In this document: piece after piece, positions 1 to 8,515 of the stretch
Numbering within the stretch: the first letter of the stretch is position 1
Layout of the letters: every line of letters starts with the position of its first letter
Assembly (NCBI GenBank): GCA_964429215.1
Contig: CAYSAY010000001.1
Coordinates: forward strand, 182,127-246,126
Origin: an uncultured Gammaproteobacteria bacterium
GTDB taxonomy: Bacteria; Patescibacteriota; Microgenomatia; UBA8517
Direction: 5' to 3'
DNA: 64,000 nucleotides
Program-made: the position numbers and the translations under genes
Notes under the pieces: generated by a model
What the model was told of the DNA's origin: nothing
Databases searched by the model: none
What the model saw: the letters and a program-made list of their open reading frames with translations, nothing else

Positions 1-503
1 TTAGTTCGTCTTTTGCTGCAATCTTCCCTAATTTTCCCTCCTGTACCAATCCACAAGGAACATTGATTGCTTCTTATGATTCAGGTAACCATGGAGTAGT
101 AGGGGGAACGTCTTATTCAGGGAGTGATAAGGTTTACAAACTAGATGAGAAAAGTTTAACTCAATGTTTATGTACAGTTGATGGACAGGGTATTCAAACT
201 AATTGGTGGAAAGCATCTTCGCTTGATGAAACTCAAATTAATATTTTGAAAAATGAAGGATGGATTTATGTCCCTACAGGAAGTGTGTGGGGACTAGATC
301 AAGATTCTTATATGGCTATCAATTCTAAATATTCTTGTACTAGTTCTGATAATATTGGTGGTTCAAATATTTCTAACAATTCTACTTTGGGTCAAGTCTT
401 AGGCCTAGCTTTTACCGGCAATGCAAAATATGTTTACTCAATTATAATCTTAGGTTTTTTACTATTAATATATGGACAAATTCTTCACAGGGCTAGGAGT
501 TAG
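1..503 (+). CDS. 5'-truncated surface protein; C-terminus carries an LAFTG motif followed by a hydrophobic helix and a basic tail (sortase class E-type sorting signal)
   Basis: The frame stays open from position 1 to the ORF listed at 63. C-terminal sequence ...LGLAFTGNAKYVYSIIILGFLLLIYGQILHRARS* has the motif + TM + basic tail layout of a cell-wall sorting signal. A sortase gene follows immediately. Confidence 0.55.
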   Translation, partial: SSSFAAIFPNFPSCTNPQGTLIASYDSGNHGVVGGTSYSGSDKVYKLDEKSLTQCLCTVDGQGIQTNWWKASSLDETQINILKNEGWIYVPTGSVWGLDQDSYMAINSKYSCTSSDNIGGSNISNNSTLGQVLGLAFTGNAKYVYSIIILGFLLLIYGQILHRARS

Positions 504-1002
504 TTTAATAATTTTTGGTTCATTCCTTGTTTATCAAAGAAATAATCCTAACAGAGTTTCGTTTGCATATAGTGAAGAGGTAGCAGTAACTTCAAATATA
601 ATAAAATCTAATGTACCTTCAAGAATTTTAATTGAAAGCGTAGGTATTAATCTACCTATTGTTCAATCCGAGATAAGTGAAAATAAATGGGAAGTTACTG
701 AAAATGGTGTATCGTATTTAACGAGTTCTGTCATACCAGGTGAAATAGGAAACAGTATTATGTATGGACATAATTGGACTAATTTATTAGGTAATTTAAT
801 AAAGGTTAAAACTGGGGACAACGTAGAGATTTATTTTGAAGATGGAAGTAAAAAAATATTTAAAATTACATTGATACAGGAGGTATCTCCAGATGATGTT
901 TCTATACTTAAAGCAACTACTGACAAAAGGATAACGTTATATACGTGTTCCGGATTTCTTGATTCAAAACGATTTGTAGTAATTGGCAATTATTCGATAT
1001 AA
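472..1002 (+). CDS. Sortase family transpeptidase (class E-like)
   Basis: N-terminal signal-anchor. Conserved His in MYGHNW, catalytic TLYTCSGF Cys motif and a downstream Arg. Overlaps the end of its putative substrate gene. Confidence 0.75.
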   Translation: MDKFFTGLGVSLIIFGSFLVYQRNNPNRVSFAYSEEVAVTSNIIKSNVPSRILIESVGINLPIVQSEISENKWEVTENGVSYLTSSVIPGEIGNSIMYGHNWTNLLGNLIKVKTGDNVEIYFEDGSKKIFKITLIQEVSPDDVSILKATTDKRITLYTCSGFLDSKRFVVIGNYSI

Positions 1003-1011
1003 TATATTATT

Positions 1012-1503
1012 GTGTATCGAAAATTAATTATATTAATTGCAGTAACATTATTCCTTGGAGGTGTCATGACTTCAAAATTTGCTAATACGAAAGTGCAAAT
1101 TTCGCAAAATATTAATAATGTAATTGCCACGCCAACTCAGATTTCTACTGTTACTCCTACTTCAACAGCAGTTCCAACAACACAACCAACTAAACTAGCA
1201 AGTGCAAAGCCGACGATAATAACTCCAGTTAGTTTTATTAAAATATATTCTAATTCTAGAATTATTTCTCAAAGTGATAATTCCATTGTGTTTGAAAGTG
1301 ATGATAGTCCTGATGTGATCACTGCCTTTTACAAAAGTTTAATTGAACAAAGTGGGTCAATAGTTACATCGTTTGTAACAACAAAAACAAACGGAAATGT
1401 GCTAAATAAATTAGCAGGTGTTGTAGATAATCAGTCTATTGAAATTGAAATTAAAAGAGAGAAAACTGTATCTAAAACTTCAGTTGTAGCCTCAAGAAAA
1501 TGA
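1012..1503 (+). CDS. Hypothetical secreted/membrane-anchored Thr/Pro-rich protein
   Basis: GTG start gives an N-terminal TM helix followed by a T/P-rich low-complexity region. The start is uncertain: an ATG with a GGAGG Shine-Dalgarno sequence lies at 1066. Confidence 0.4.
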   Translation: MYRKLIILIAVTLFLGGVMTSKFANTKVQISQNINNVIATPTQISTVTPTSTAVPTTQPTKLASAKPTIITPVSFIKIYSNSRIISQSDNSIVFESDDSPDVITAFYKSLIEQSGSIVTSFVTTKTNGNVLNKLAGVVDNQSIEIEIKREKTVSKTSVVASRK

Positions 1504-1582
1504 TATTGACAAGTAATTTTATAAAGCATAGAATTTATTCTATTGAATTGTATTTGATAGAAATTAATAGTAATTTATTTGA

Positions 1583-2212
1583 ATGAATGGACTCGGTCAA
1601 ATGGTAAGTAAGCTTTTGAGATTCATCTCCAATCTTTTACGGCTTCTTTTTAAAGGAATTTTACAAAAAAAGAATTTGCCATTTATTTTAATTTTAATAG
1701 TGATTTCTTGTGTAATATATTTTTTTACAAATGGTGTTGGTAATTTACTAAGTAGTCAAAATAGTAAGTCAGGACAAATACAAGTTGCTCCTGCAAAAGC
1801 TACAACTTCTATAAATAAAGAATTTACTTTTCCATTAAAGAATGAAAAAGGATTAGAAGTAAGTAAAGTAAAATATATTATTGAATCAGCTGAACTTCGA
1901 AATGAAATTGTTGTTAAAGGACAAAAGGCTAGGTCTGTAAAGGGAAGAACATTTTTAATATTTAATTTAAAAGTTGTAAATGATTTTAAACAGAAAATTG
2001 AAATTCAAACATCTGATTACTTGAGACTTTCAGTTAACGGAAATAAAGATGCTTGGTTGGCTCCAGATATACACAGTGATCCAGTTGCGATTCAAGCTAT
2101 TTCTACAAAATACATAAAAGTTGGATTTGCCATTAATGAAAGTGATAAAGATTTATTACTAAAAGTAGGTGAAATAAATGGAGAAAAACAAGATGTCGAA
2201 GTTAAATTTTAA
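1583..2212 (+). CDS. Hypothetical membrane-anchored protein
   Basis: Long ORF with an N-terminal TM segment; no family recognised. Confidence 0.45.
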   Translation: MNGLGQMVSKLLRFISNLLRLLFKGILQKKNLPFILILIVISCVIYFFTNGVGNLLSSQNSKSGQIQVAPAKATTSINKEFTFPLKNEKGLEVSKVKYIIESAELRNEIVVKGQKARSVKGRTFLIFNLKVVNDFKQKIEIQTSDYLRLSVNGNKDAWLAPDIHSDPVAIQAISTKYIKVGFAINESDKDLLLKVGEINGEKQDVEVKF

Positions 2213-2213
2213 A

Positions 2214-2387
2214 ATGAAAAATTATTCAACACAAATACTATCACCAATTTTATTGGAAGATGTTAAAGAGGCAATTAAAAGTATTACTGATTATGGTAGT
2301 GTAGAAATATATATTCAAGGGGGAGTAGTCAGCCAAATTAGTACGAGAAAAATTAAGAAAACTGATCAAAAATTGAAGATGGTATAA
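2214..2387 (+). CDS. Small hypothetical protein (58 aa)
   Basis: ORF begins at the ATG immediately after the upstream stop; no recognisable family. Confidence 0.25.
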   Translation: MKNYSTQILSPILLEDVKEAIKSITDYGSVEIYIQGGVVSQISTRKIKKTDQKLKMV

Positions 2388-2397
2388 ATTATGGGAC

Positions 2398-2426
2398 TTG
2401 ACAACTTAAATAACAGTAAATATATT
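2398..2426 (+). promoter_or_regulatory. Sigma70-like promoter (TTGACA-N17-TATATT) for the 2595 surface-protein gene
   Basis: Perfect -35 hexamer and near-consensus -10 with 17-nt spacing, about 170 nt upstream of the ATG. Confidence 0.45.
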
Positions 2427-2445
2427 GTGATTAAGTAGAATAATA

Positions 2446-2513
2446 GCTGACCGCAAACGGAGGCTTTTTTCACTCAGAGAAATCTGGGGGAAAGAAGCCT
2501 CTGTTTTCGTTTT
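2446..2513 (+). promoter_or_regulatory. Conserved 5'-leader element (GCTGACCGCAA[A/C]CGGAGGC ... hairpin ... U-rich tract), candidate attenuator or cis-regulatory RNA
   Basis: The 19-nt core recurs in inverted orientation at 8384-8402, upstream of the paralogous minus-strand gene. GGAGGC at 2459-2464 pairs with GCCTC at 2497-2501 and is followed by TGTTTTCGTTTT. Both leaders end with GGGGGTGA before the ATG. Confidence 0.4.
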
Positions 2514-2594
2514 ATAAGGAAATAGGGTGAAGTGCCTCTTAGATCTCATCTAATAAATGAGAGGAGGAAAATAGATTGGGGGTGAATATATATA

Positions 2595-3830
2595 ATGAAC
2601 AAATTTAAAAAAGTAGTAGCCTCTGCAATAGCTGCAGGATCCCTTTTAGTCAATGGATTCATGCCAGTTTTTGCTCAAACAACAATAGTACTTTCAGGAA
2701 ATGGAACAAATTCAGATAACACTGCAAATGTTTCAGTTACTCAAAGCACAGTTGTTACTCAAAGCAATAATGCAGATGTTACAAATAAAGTATATGCCGA
2801 TTCCAAAACAGGAGATAACAAAGCAGAAGATAATACAGGTGGAGACGTATCAGTTAAAACTGGTGACTCAGATGTAACTGTTGATGTTAAAAACACACTT
2901 AATAATAATTCTGCAAACGTTGACTGTTGTGGAGCAACAAATACTGATGTACTTATTTCAGGAAATGGATCAAATAGTGATAATGATGTAAATCTTACTT
3001 TAGGTGGAGATAAAAATACCTTAGTAACACAAAACAACAATGCTGATGTATACAATCACGTTGATGTGGATTCAGATACAGGCGATAACGATGCAGAAGA
3101 CAACACAGGTGGAGATGTGTCAGTCGAGACCGGTGATGCAACTGTAAACGTAAACGTAAATACAACTGCTAATGCAAATTCTGCCAGAGTTGGTGGGAAT
3201 GGAGAAGCAGGTTCTTTATCAGCAAAAATCCTAGGAAATGGTACATCTAGTGATAACGAAATCGATTTAGACTTTGGTGGTTCACTTTGGATAACTCAAG
3301 ATAATGAGGCTGATGTGGATAACAAAGTTGATGTTGATGCCGAAACTGGAGATAACAATGCAGAAGATAACACAGGTGGAGAAGTATCAGTCAATACTGG
3401 AGACGCCGATGTTACCGTTGACGTAGAAAACGATGTCAACTTCAATTGGGCAGACGCTGACTGCGGATGCTTATTGAATGATGTGTTGGCAAAGATCGAT
3501 GGTAATGGTAGCGATACAGATAACGATATCACTGCAAATCTTGGACAAACACTTGGTGTAATTCAAGATAATAGTGCAGGTGGAGAAGGAGAATTGGAAA
3601 ATACTGTCTATGCTGATGCAGAAACTGGAGAAAATGATGCTGAAGATAACACTGGTGACCCTGGTGCTGATCCATCAATTGAAACCGGAGATGCAACAAC
3701 AGAGGTAGCGCTTGATAATTCAGGCAATTCCAATGTTTATGGTCAAACACCAGATTGGGAATTCCCAGGTACTGGATTTGATTTCCACTTTTCGTTCGAT
3801 TTGAGCGATTTGTTGGACTGGTTAAGTTAA
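2595..3830 (+). CDS. Secreted repeat protein, paralog family A (NG..S.N...TGDN.AEDNTGGDVSV.TGDA modules with CC motifs)
   Basis: Signal peptide MNKFKKVVASAIAAGSLLVNGFMPVFAQ; at least four internal repeats; paralogous to 3935, 6129 and 7707(-). Confidence 0.6.
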   Translation: MNKFKKVVASAIAAGSLLVNGFMPVFAQTTIVLSGNGTNSDNTANVSVTQSTVVTQSNNADVTNKVYADSKTGDNKAEDNTGGDVSVKTGDSDVTVDVKNTLNNNSANVDCCGATNTDVLISGNGSNSDNDVNLTLGGDKNTLVTQNNNADVYNHVDVDSDTGDNDAEDNTGGDVSVETGDATVNVNVNTTANANSARVGGNGEAGSLSAKILGNGTSSDNEIDLDFGGSLWITQDNEADVDNKVDVDAETGDNNAEDNTGGEVSVNTGDADVTVDVENDVNFNWADADCGCLLNDVLAKIDGNGSDTDNDITANLGQTLGVIQDNSAGGEGELENTVYADAETGENDAEDNTGDPGADPSIETGDATTEVALDNSGNSNVYGQTPDWEFPGTGFDFHFSFDLSDLLDWLS

Positions 3831-3848
3831 TTATGTAATTTTTTGGAA

Positions 3849-3885
3849 CTAGAGTTGCTTACTTACACTTCAGTAAGCACTCTAG
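3849..3885. terminator. Intergenic hairpin (about 14-bp stem with one bulge) between surface-protein genes
   Basis: CTAGAGTTGCTTACT..AGTAAGCACTCTAG inverted repeat. No U-tract, so terminator function is uncertain. Confidence 0.3.
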
Positions 3886-3934
3886 AATCCAAGAGATAAA
3901 GAAGTAAAAAGATAGAAAAGATATAAAAATAAAA

Positions 3935-6136
3935 ATGATTAATAGAATTAAAAAAATACTTTCAGTAATTACTGTTATTGCTTTGCTGTTTACAAATACA
4001 GGGTTAGTTTTTGCTCAATCAATTCCTACTCCTCCTCCGGCACCAACAATGCCATATGTTCCAACTGCACCACCAGCACCAACAATGCCACCTGTTCCAA
4101 CTGCACCACCAGCGCCAACAATTGCACCAACTAATGCTCCTACTCCGCCACCTGTTCCAACTGCACCACCAGCGCCAACAATTGCACCTACAATAACACC
4201 AACTCCTGTCCAAACTAGTGTACCTATTATAGAGCCGATTTTACAACCAACTGCCACTCCTTTAGTTTTGTCACAATTTGTTGATACTGAGAATTTAGGT
4301 GGACAAGAAGCAGATGGTGGAACTGGCTCAAACTCTATTAATACTGGGAATGCTACAAATGATGGATTAATTGTAAATGATTTAAATAGTAATTTGTCTG
4401 CTGTTCTTAGTGACGGAACAGGAAATGGAAGTGCTGAAATTACTAACACTGGAAATGGTGCTGGGTCAACAAATTCTGGATCAGCAGTTGTTGTAAATAA
4501 TACAAATACTGATCAATCTAATTTGGTAGTACTTGAAAATGGGTTGTACCAAAGCGCTGTGACTGGAGATAATTCAGCAAGTAAGAATACTGGAGGCGAC
4601 TCAGCTATTACTACTGGAGATGCTAATGTGACTGGTACGATATTAAACTCAGTTAATACTAATGTAGCAGGTGTTTTGGTTTCTGAGTTTAATGTTATGA
4701 ATGATACTACGGGAGATATAATTCTTGATTTTGTAAATAATTGCATAACTAATTGTGGAACACCTTCAAATACTACTATTAAAAATTCAGGTAATGGTGC
4801 TGATTCTACAAACACTGGATCATTAGATGTAGTAAATAACAATTCAACTAATCAATTAAATGATGCAGTCATTGCAAATGAAATGGATTTGTTTGCAAAT
4901 TCTGGTAATAACGTAGCAGATAAAAATACTGGTGGCGATTCAACAATTGTGACAGGAGATGCTAATGTTGCAGCAAACTTATTGACGTTTGCTAATAATA
5001 ACATTGCAGGTAATGTTATCTATTCTGTTGTTAATATTTTTGGAGATTTGATAGGCGATATTATATTACCTGAAGAATTACTTGCAGGATGTTGCGGAAC
5101 AAATCCTGTAACTCTAGCTAATTTAAATAATGGTGCAGATTCTAATAATGTAACTAACTATTCAAATGAAATAACAGATTCTTTAACACAAATTAATAAT
5201 TTAGAGATTGAAAATAATTTAATCTTTGACGCTGCAACTGGACAAAATGATACTTATGCAAATACAGGTGGAGATTCATCAATTATAACAGGGGATACAA
5301 GTGTGAATGCTAAAGTATTAAATGTTGCAAACAATAATATAAGTGGTGAAAATATGTGGCTTGTAATAGTTAACCAAGCCGGTAGATGGATAGGGAAAAT
5401 ATTAGGTACTGCGGACGGTACAAATATTGCTGGAAGTGAAGGCTTTGAATTTGAAGTAGATGAAAATGGAGGAGTAACAGTTGCAAATGCTGGAAACGGT
5501 GCAGGATCAACCAATACTGCAACCTACAATGAAACAAATAATAATGATACAACCCAAGTTAATAATGCAAAAATTGTTAATAATTTGGATTTGGCTGCAA
5601 ATACAGGGGGTAATTCTGCATCAAAAAATACAAACGGAGATTCGTCTGTGACTACGGGTGATGCTAATATCATCGCTAATATAGTCAATTTTGTTAACAA
5701 CAATATAACAGGAAGTGGAAAATTAGTTGTAACAGTTGTTAATGTGTTTGGTAGTTGGTTGGGTGATTTTGTAGGACCTGGATTTACAAAAGAAGTTCAA
5801 TCGAATGAATCGCCAAGTAATACGGCTATTGGTGGTAGTGATATGCATGTCAATACTAATAGTCAAACTGATAATAACGAGAAAACTAGTGGTTCAAGTA
5901 ACTCAGTAGTTGGTAATAATTCAGTTGTCAAATTAGTTTCACCTGTAGCTTTTATACCAAAGACTAAAGTTCTAGGAGCTAAAATTAGTGTAGTAGACGG
6001 TAATCAGTTGGCAAATAATACAGAAATTGACTCCGATAAAAAGAAAGTTATTAATATAAATTTCGCTTGGGTATTAGCTGCACTTTTCCCAATAGGTATC
6101 GTATCAATTATTTTACGAAGAAGATCACATGCTTAA
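3935..6136 (+). CDS. Large (733 aa) cell-surface repeat protein with a Pro/Thr-rich linker and a C-terminal TM anchor; paralog family A
   Basis: Signal peptide, then PPAPTMP.VPTAPPAPT tandem repeats, then family-A modules (NTGNGAGSTN...TGDNSASKNTGGDS..TGDANV) and CCG motifs. C-terminal TM plus RRRSHA tail. Confidence 0.65.
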   Translation: MINRIKKILSVITVIALLFTNTGLVFAQSIPTPPPAPTMPYVPTAPPAPTMPPVPTAPPAPTIAPTNAPTPPPVPTAPPAPTIAPTITPTPVQTSVPIIEPILQPTATPLVLSQFVDTENLGGQEADGGTGSNSINTGNATNDGLIVNDLNSNLSAVLSDGTGNGSAEITNTGNGAGSTNSGSAVVVNNTNTDQSNLVVLENGLYQSAVTGDNSASKNTGGDSAITTGDANVTGTILNSVNTNVAGVLVSEFNVMNDTTGDIILDFVNNCITNCGTPSNTTIKNSGNGADSTNTGSLDVVNNNSTNQLNDAVIANEMDLFANSGNNVADKNTGGDSTIVTGDANVAANLLTFANNNIAGNVIYSVVNIFGDLIGDIILPEELLAGCCGTNPVTLANLNNGADSNNVTNYSNEITDSLTQINNLEIENNLIFDAATGQNDTYANTGGDSSIITGDTSVNAKVLNVANNNISGENMWLVIVNQAGRWIGKILGTADGTNIAGSEGFEFEVDENGGVTVANAGNGAGSTNTATYNETNNNDTTQVNNAKIVNNLDLAANTGGNSASKNTNGDSSVTTGDANIIANIVNFVNNNITGSGKLVVTVVNVFGSWLGDFVGPGFTKEVQSNESPSNTAIGGSDMHVNTNSQTDNNEKTSGSSNSVVGNNSVVKLVSPVAFIPKTKVLGAKISVVDGNQLANNTEIDSDKKKVININFAWVLAALFPIGIVSIILRRRSHA
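4020..4200 (+). repeat. In-frame tandem DNA repeat (about 45 nt unit) encoding the P/T-rich linker
   Basis: Repeated gttccaactgcaccaccagcNccaacaatNcc units visible directly in the sequence. Confidence 0.6.
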
Positions 6137-7160
6137 ACGATTATTCATTTTAACACTGCTCCCTGCTGTGTTTTTATTTTATGTTGGTCCATTTATTCCA
6201 TACGTTGTAGCTCAGGAATTAATTATTTCAGGAAACGGAAGTAGCTCTACTAGTGAAGTTTTAGTAAACACAAATAATACAGAAAGTATTAGCCAATCAA
6301 ATACGGCAAATATTGTAAATAACATTGAAGTAATTGCAAATACTGGTAATAATAATGCAAGTGATAATACTTCAGGAAGTGTAACTATTTCAACTGGTGA
6401 TGTCTTAACTGATTTGGTTGTTAGTAATAATATTAACAGTGCTACTGTTAATAATTCTTGTTGCGATGTAGAAAATAATTCTTCAGTCTCTATAGTTGGA
6501 AATGGTAGTGGATCTGATAATAGTGTCGTTTTAAATATAAATGATGAAAATTCCATTGTTGTGAATCAGTATGCAAATATAGAAAATAAAGTAATTGGAA
6601 CTGCAAATACAGGAAATAATAGTGCAAATAACAATACAAGTAGTGAAGTGACAATTCTTACAGGAGATATTAAAGTTAATATCAAAATTAATAATTACCC
6701 AGTCAATACTTCTTTGGTTAATTTTGGTAATAGTCCGTTAAGTGTATTTGCCAACATTTCTGATAATGGTGCAAACACAACAAATTACGTATCAGCAAAT
6801 ATCAATAAACCTAAATTTGTTGGTGTTAATAATTACTTTGTTGCTAATAATATTTCTTACTGGGATTTAAAAACAGGTGGAAATACTGCTAGTGGTAATA
6901 CTTCGAGCAAAGTATTAATTAAAACTGGGAATGTGTTTTTTGATTTACTAATTTCAAATGCAGCTAATATAGGTGGAGTTGATTTAGGTTGTTGTGGTGT
7001 TGATCCAGATGATCTGGATGATCCCAATGATCCTGATGACCCAAGTGACCCAGGTGGTTATATAGGTGGCGGAGGTGGGAATGGGGGGTCTACTCTTGGA
7101 AGTTCAATTAATTTTAATGGTCCTGCAATATTAGGTTTGTCTGCAACGTCGTCAAAATAA
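6129..7160 (+). CDS. Secreted repeat protein, paralog family A, with a Gly-rich and PDDP-rich C-terminus
   Basis: Signal peptide; ISGNGSSSTSEV...NTGNNNASDNTSGSVTISTGDV and CCDVEN/CCGVDP motifs. Start overlaps the upstream gene end, suggesting an operon. Confidence 0.6.
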   Translation: MLKRLFILTLLPAVFLFYVGPFIPYVVAQELIISGNGSSSTSEVLVNTNNTESISQSNTANIVNNIEVIANTGNNNASDNTSGSVTISTGDVLTDLVVSNNINSATVNNSCCDVENNSSVSIVGNGSGSDNSVVLNINDENSIVVNQYANIENKVIGTANTGNNSANNNTSSEVTILTGDIKVNIKINNYPVNTSLVNFGNSPLSVFANISDNGANTTNYVSANINKPKFVGVNNYFVANNISYWDLKTGGNTASGNTSSKVLIKTGNVFFDLLISNAANIGGVDLGCCGVDPDDLDDPNDPDDPSDPGGYIGGGGGNGGSTLGSSINFNGPAILGLSATSSK

Positions 7161-7179
7161 GCAAAGCTTGTAATAAATT

Positions 7180-7674
7180 ATGAAAAAAAATTTGATGATA
7201 CTGTTTATAGGTTTTTTATTAGGATTTATATTTTCAAGAATTGAATCACCTGTCATAGTTCATTCAAATGAAGTGCTGATGTATAACGAACTTCCTACAA
7301 GAATATTAATTCCTTCTGTATCTATTGATACTTCAGTCAAAAAGGCATTAATTATAAATGGATATTGGCAAGTTTTTCCTAATTCAGCTGCTTGGGGCGA
7401 TCAATCTGGCATTCCTGGAAATATTGGAAATCAAGTAATATTTGCTCACAAAAGAAGTGGATTGTTTGCAAACCTGAAAGACGTAAAAATTGGAGATAAA
7501 ATTTATGTTTTAACAAGTAAGGGATCATTCGCTTATGAAGCTCGAGAAATAAAAGAGATAAACCCAAATGAAATTGATGTTGTTAAGCCAACAACAGACG
7601 AGACATTAACTTTATACACATGTTCTGGATTTGCCGATACGAAAAGATTAATAGTAGTTGGTAAGAAGGTATGA
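7180..7674 (+). CDS. Sortase family transpeptidase (second copy)
   Basis: Signal-anchor; FAHKRSG His region; TLYTCSGF catalytic motif identical to the first sortase. Confidence 0.75.
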   Translation: MKKNLMILFIGFLLGFIFSRIESPVIVHSNEVLMYNELPTRILIPSVSIDTSVKKALIINGYWQVFPNSAAWGDQSGIPGNIGNQVIFAHKRSGLFANLKDVKIGDKIYVLTSKGSFAYEAREIKEINPNEIDVVKPTTDETLTLYTCSGFADTKRLIVVGKKV

Positions 7675-7708
7675 GAACCCCTTGGTACAATCAAGGGGTT
7701 TCTCTTTT
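7675..7708. terminator. Bidirectional rho-independent terminator between convergent genes
   Basis: GAACCCCTTG-gtacaat-CAAGGGGTT followed by TCTCTTTT. Confidence 0.6.
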
Positions 7709-8306
7709 AAAGACTATTGTTACCACTAGTAACAGTTAGTCCTGATGTTGTCAGACTGTTTCCAGTAGAAACTTCGACAGTACCATTTGTGTTTTTGTTT
7801 GCTTTATTTTTACCTGTTTTTGCCTTAGATTTAACTTTTGCATTTACTACGGTTGATGTTCCTTGAGTAGTGGCATTAGTTTTTAAATCTGTTACTAAGA
7901 CAGAATTATTACTATTGGCACCATTATTTGATATTGTTGATAGTGCTTCAGGATTTAGTTCTGTATTGCAGCAACAAGGATCTGAAATAGTATTGTTTCC
8001 TCCAGTTACTGAAACTGTAGATGTTGCAGTTGCATTACCTGTGTCAATTGTTACATCTCCACCGGTATTGCTGTTTGCTTTATTTCCTCCTGTTGTAGCA
8101 TTTGATTTTACAATTGCATTTACCTGGGTTACATTCCCTTGTGTAATTGTGCAATTATTTGAGTTCGTCAATACAATTGTATTTGTAGAGCTTGCTCCAT
8201 TATTTGTAATAGTTGAGTTCTGTGCAAATACTGATGTAAATGTTGAACCTAAAATTAAAGCGCTAGATATCACGCCTGTTGCTAATTTGTAGACAAATTT
8301 GTTCAT
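7707..8306 (-). CDS. Secreted repeat protein, paralog family A (inverted copy)
   Basis: Signal peptide MNKFVYKLATGVISSALILGSTFTSVFAQ; NTGGDVTIDTGNA modules; CCCNTE motif. Its leader shares the conserved element with the 2595 gene. Confidence 0.6.
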   Translation of the reverse strand: MNKFVYKLATGVISSALILGSTFTSVFAQNSTITNNGASSTNTIVLTNSNNCTITQGNVTQVNAIVKSNATTGGNKANSNTGGDVTIDTGNATATSTVSVTGGNNTISDPCCCNTELNPEALSTISNNGANSNNSVLVTDLKTNATTQGTSTVVNAKVKSKAKTGKNKANKNTNGTVEVSTGNSLTTSGLTVTSGNNSL

Positions 8307-8383
8307 TTTTAATCACCCCCTTTCTTGGAGAGTGATTTTTCACTCGATTGAAGTAATAAAAAACATTAGTTATGTTCATAATT

Positions 8384-8452
8384 GCCTCCGGTTGCGGTCA
8401 GCAAATAACTTAATATCAATAATAATAGCAATATTGGTTGTTTATGTGTCAA
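8384..8452 (-). promoter_or_regulatory. Paralogous promoter and leader element of the 7707-8306(-) gene, inverted copy of 2398-2464
   Basis: The reverse complement contains TTGACA (8447-8452) and GCTGACCGCAACCGGAGGC (8384-8402), then GAGTGAAAAATCACTC and GGGGGTGA before the ATG. Confidence 0.4.
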
Positions 8453-8515
8453 CTGTATCTTTGTGGTATTAAAACCACCCTTTATATATAAATGTAAAGT
8501 TGTTATTATGAATGG

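Noticed and set aside
3849-3885. Intergenic hairpin considered as a rho-independent terminator or small RNA
   Set aside because: Good stem but no U-tract on either strand; retained only as a low-confidence structural feature.
4020-4200. The tandem repeat was checked as a possible CRISPR or minisatellite array
   Set aside because: Repeats are in-frame within a signal-peptide-bearing ORF and encode a P/T linker. There are no unique spacers and no cas genes.
2759-5552. Numerous antisense or alternate-frame ORFs (2759-3055-, 3296-3532-, 3529-3750-, 4011-4196+, 4015-4449-, 4019-4213-, 4513-4842-, 5254-5514-, 5370-5552-) inside the repeat-protein genes
   Set aside because: They lie entirely within long, well-supported sense ORFs. 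Their open frames are a by-product of repetitive, low-complexity (ACN/CCN/GGN-rich) coding sequence, and their products are low-complexity with no start context.
6212-8292. Antisense ORFs 6212-6556(-), 7379-7567(-) and 7870-8292(+) opposite surface-protein and sortase genes
   Set aside because: Same reasoning: they are embedded in stronger opposite-strand genes with signal peptides and family motifs.
2464-8384. Idea that the inverted 19-nt cores define an invertible phase-variation switch
   Set aside because: Each gene carries its own complete promoter copy, so inversion would not obviously switch expression. No recombinase gene is present in the window. Kept only as a low-probability possibility inside the leader-motif finding.
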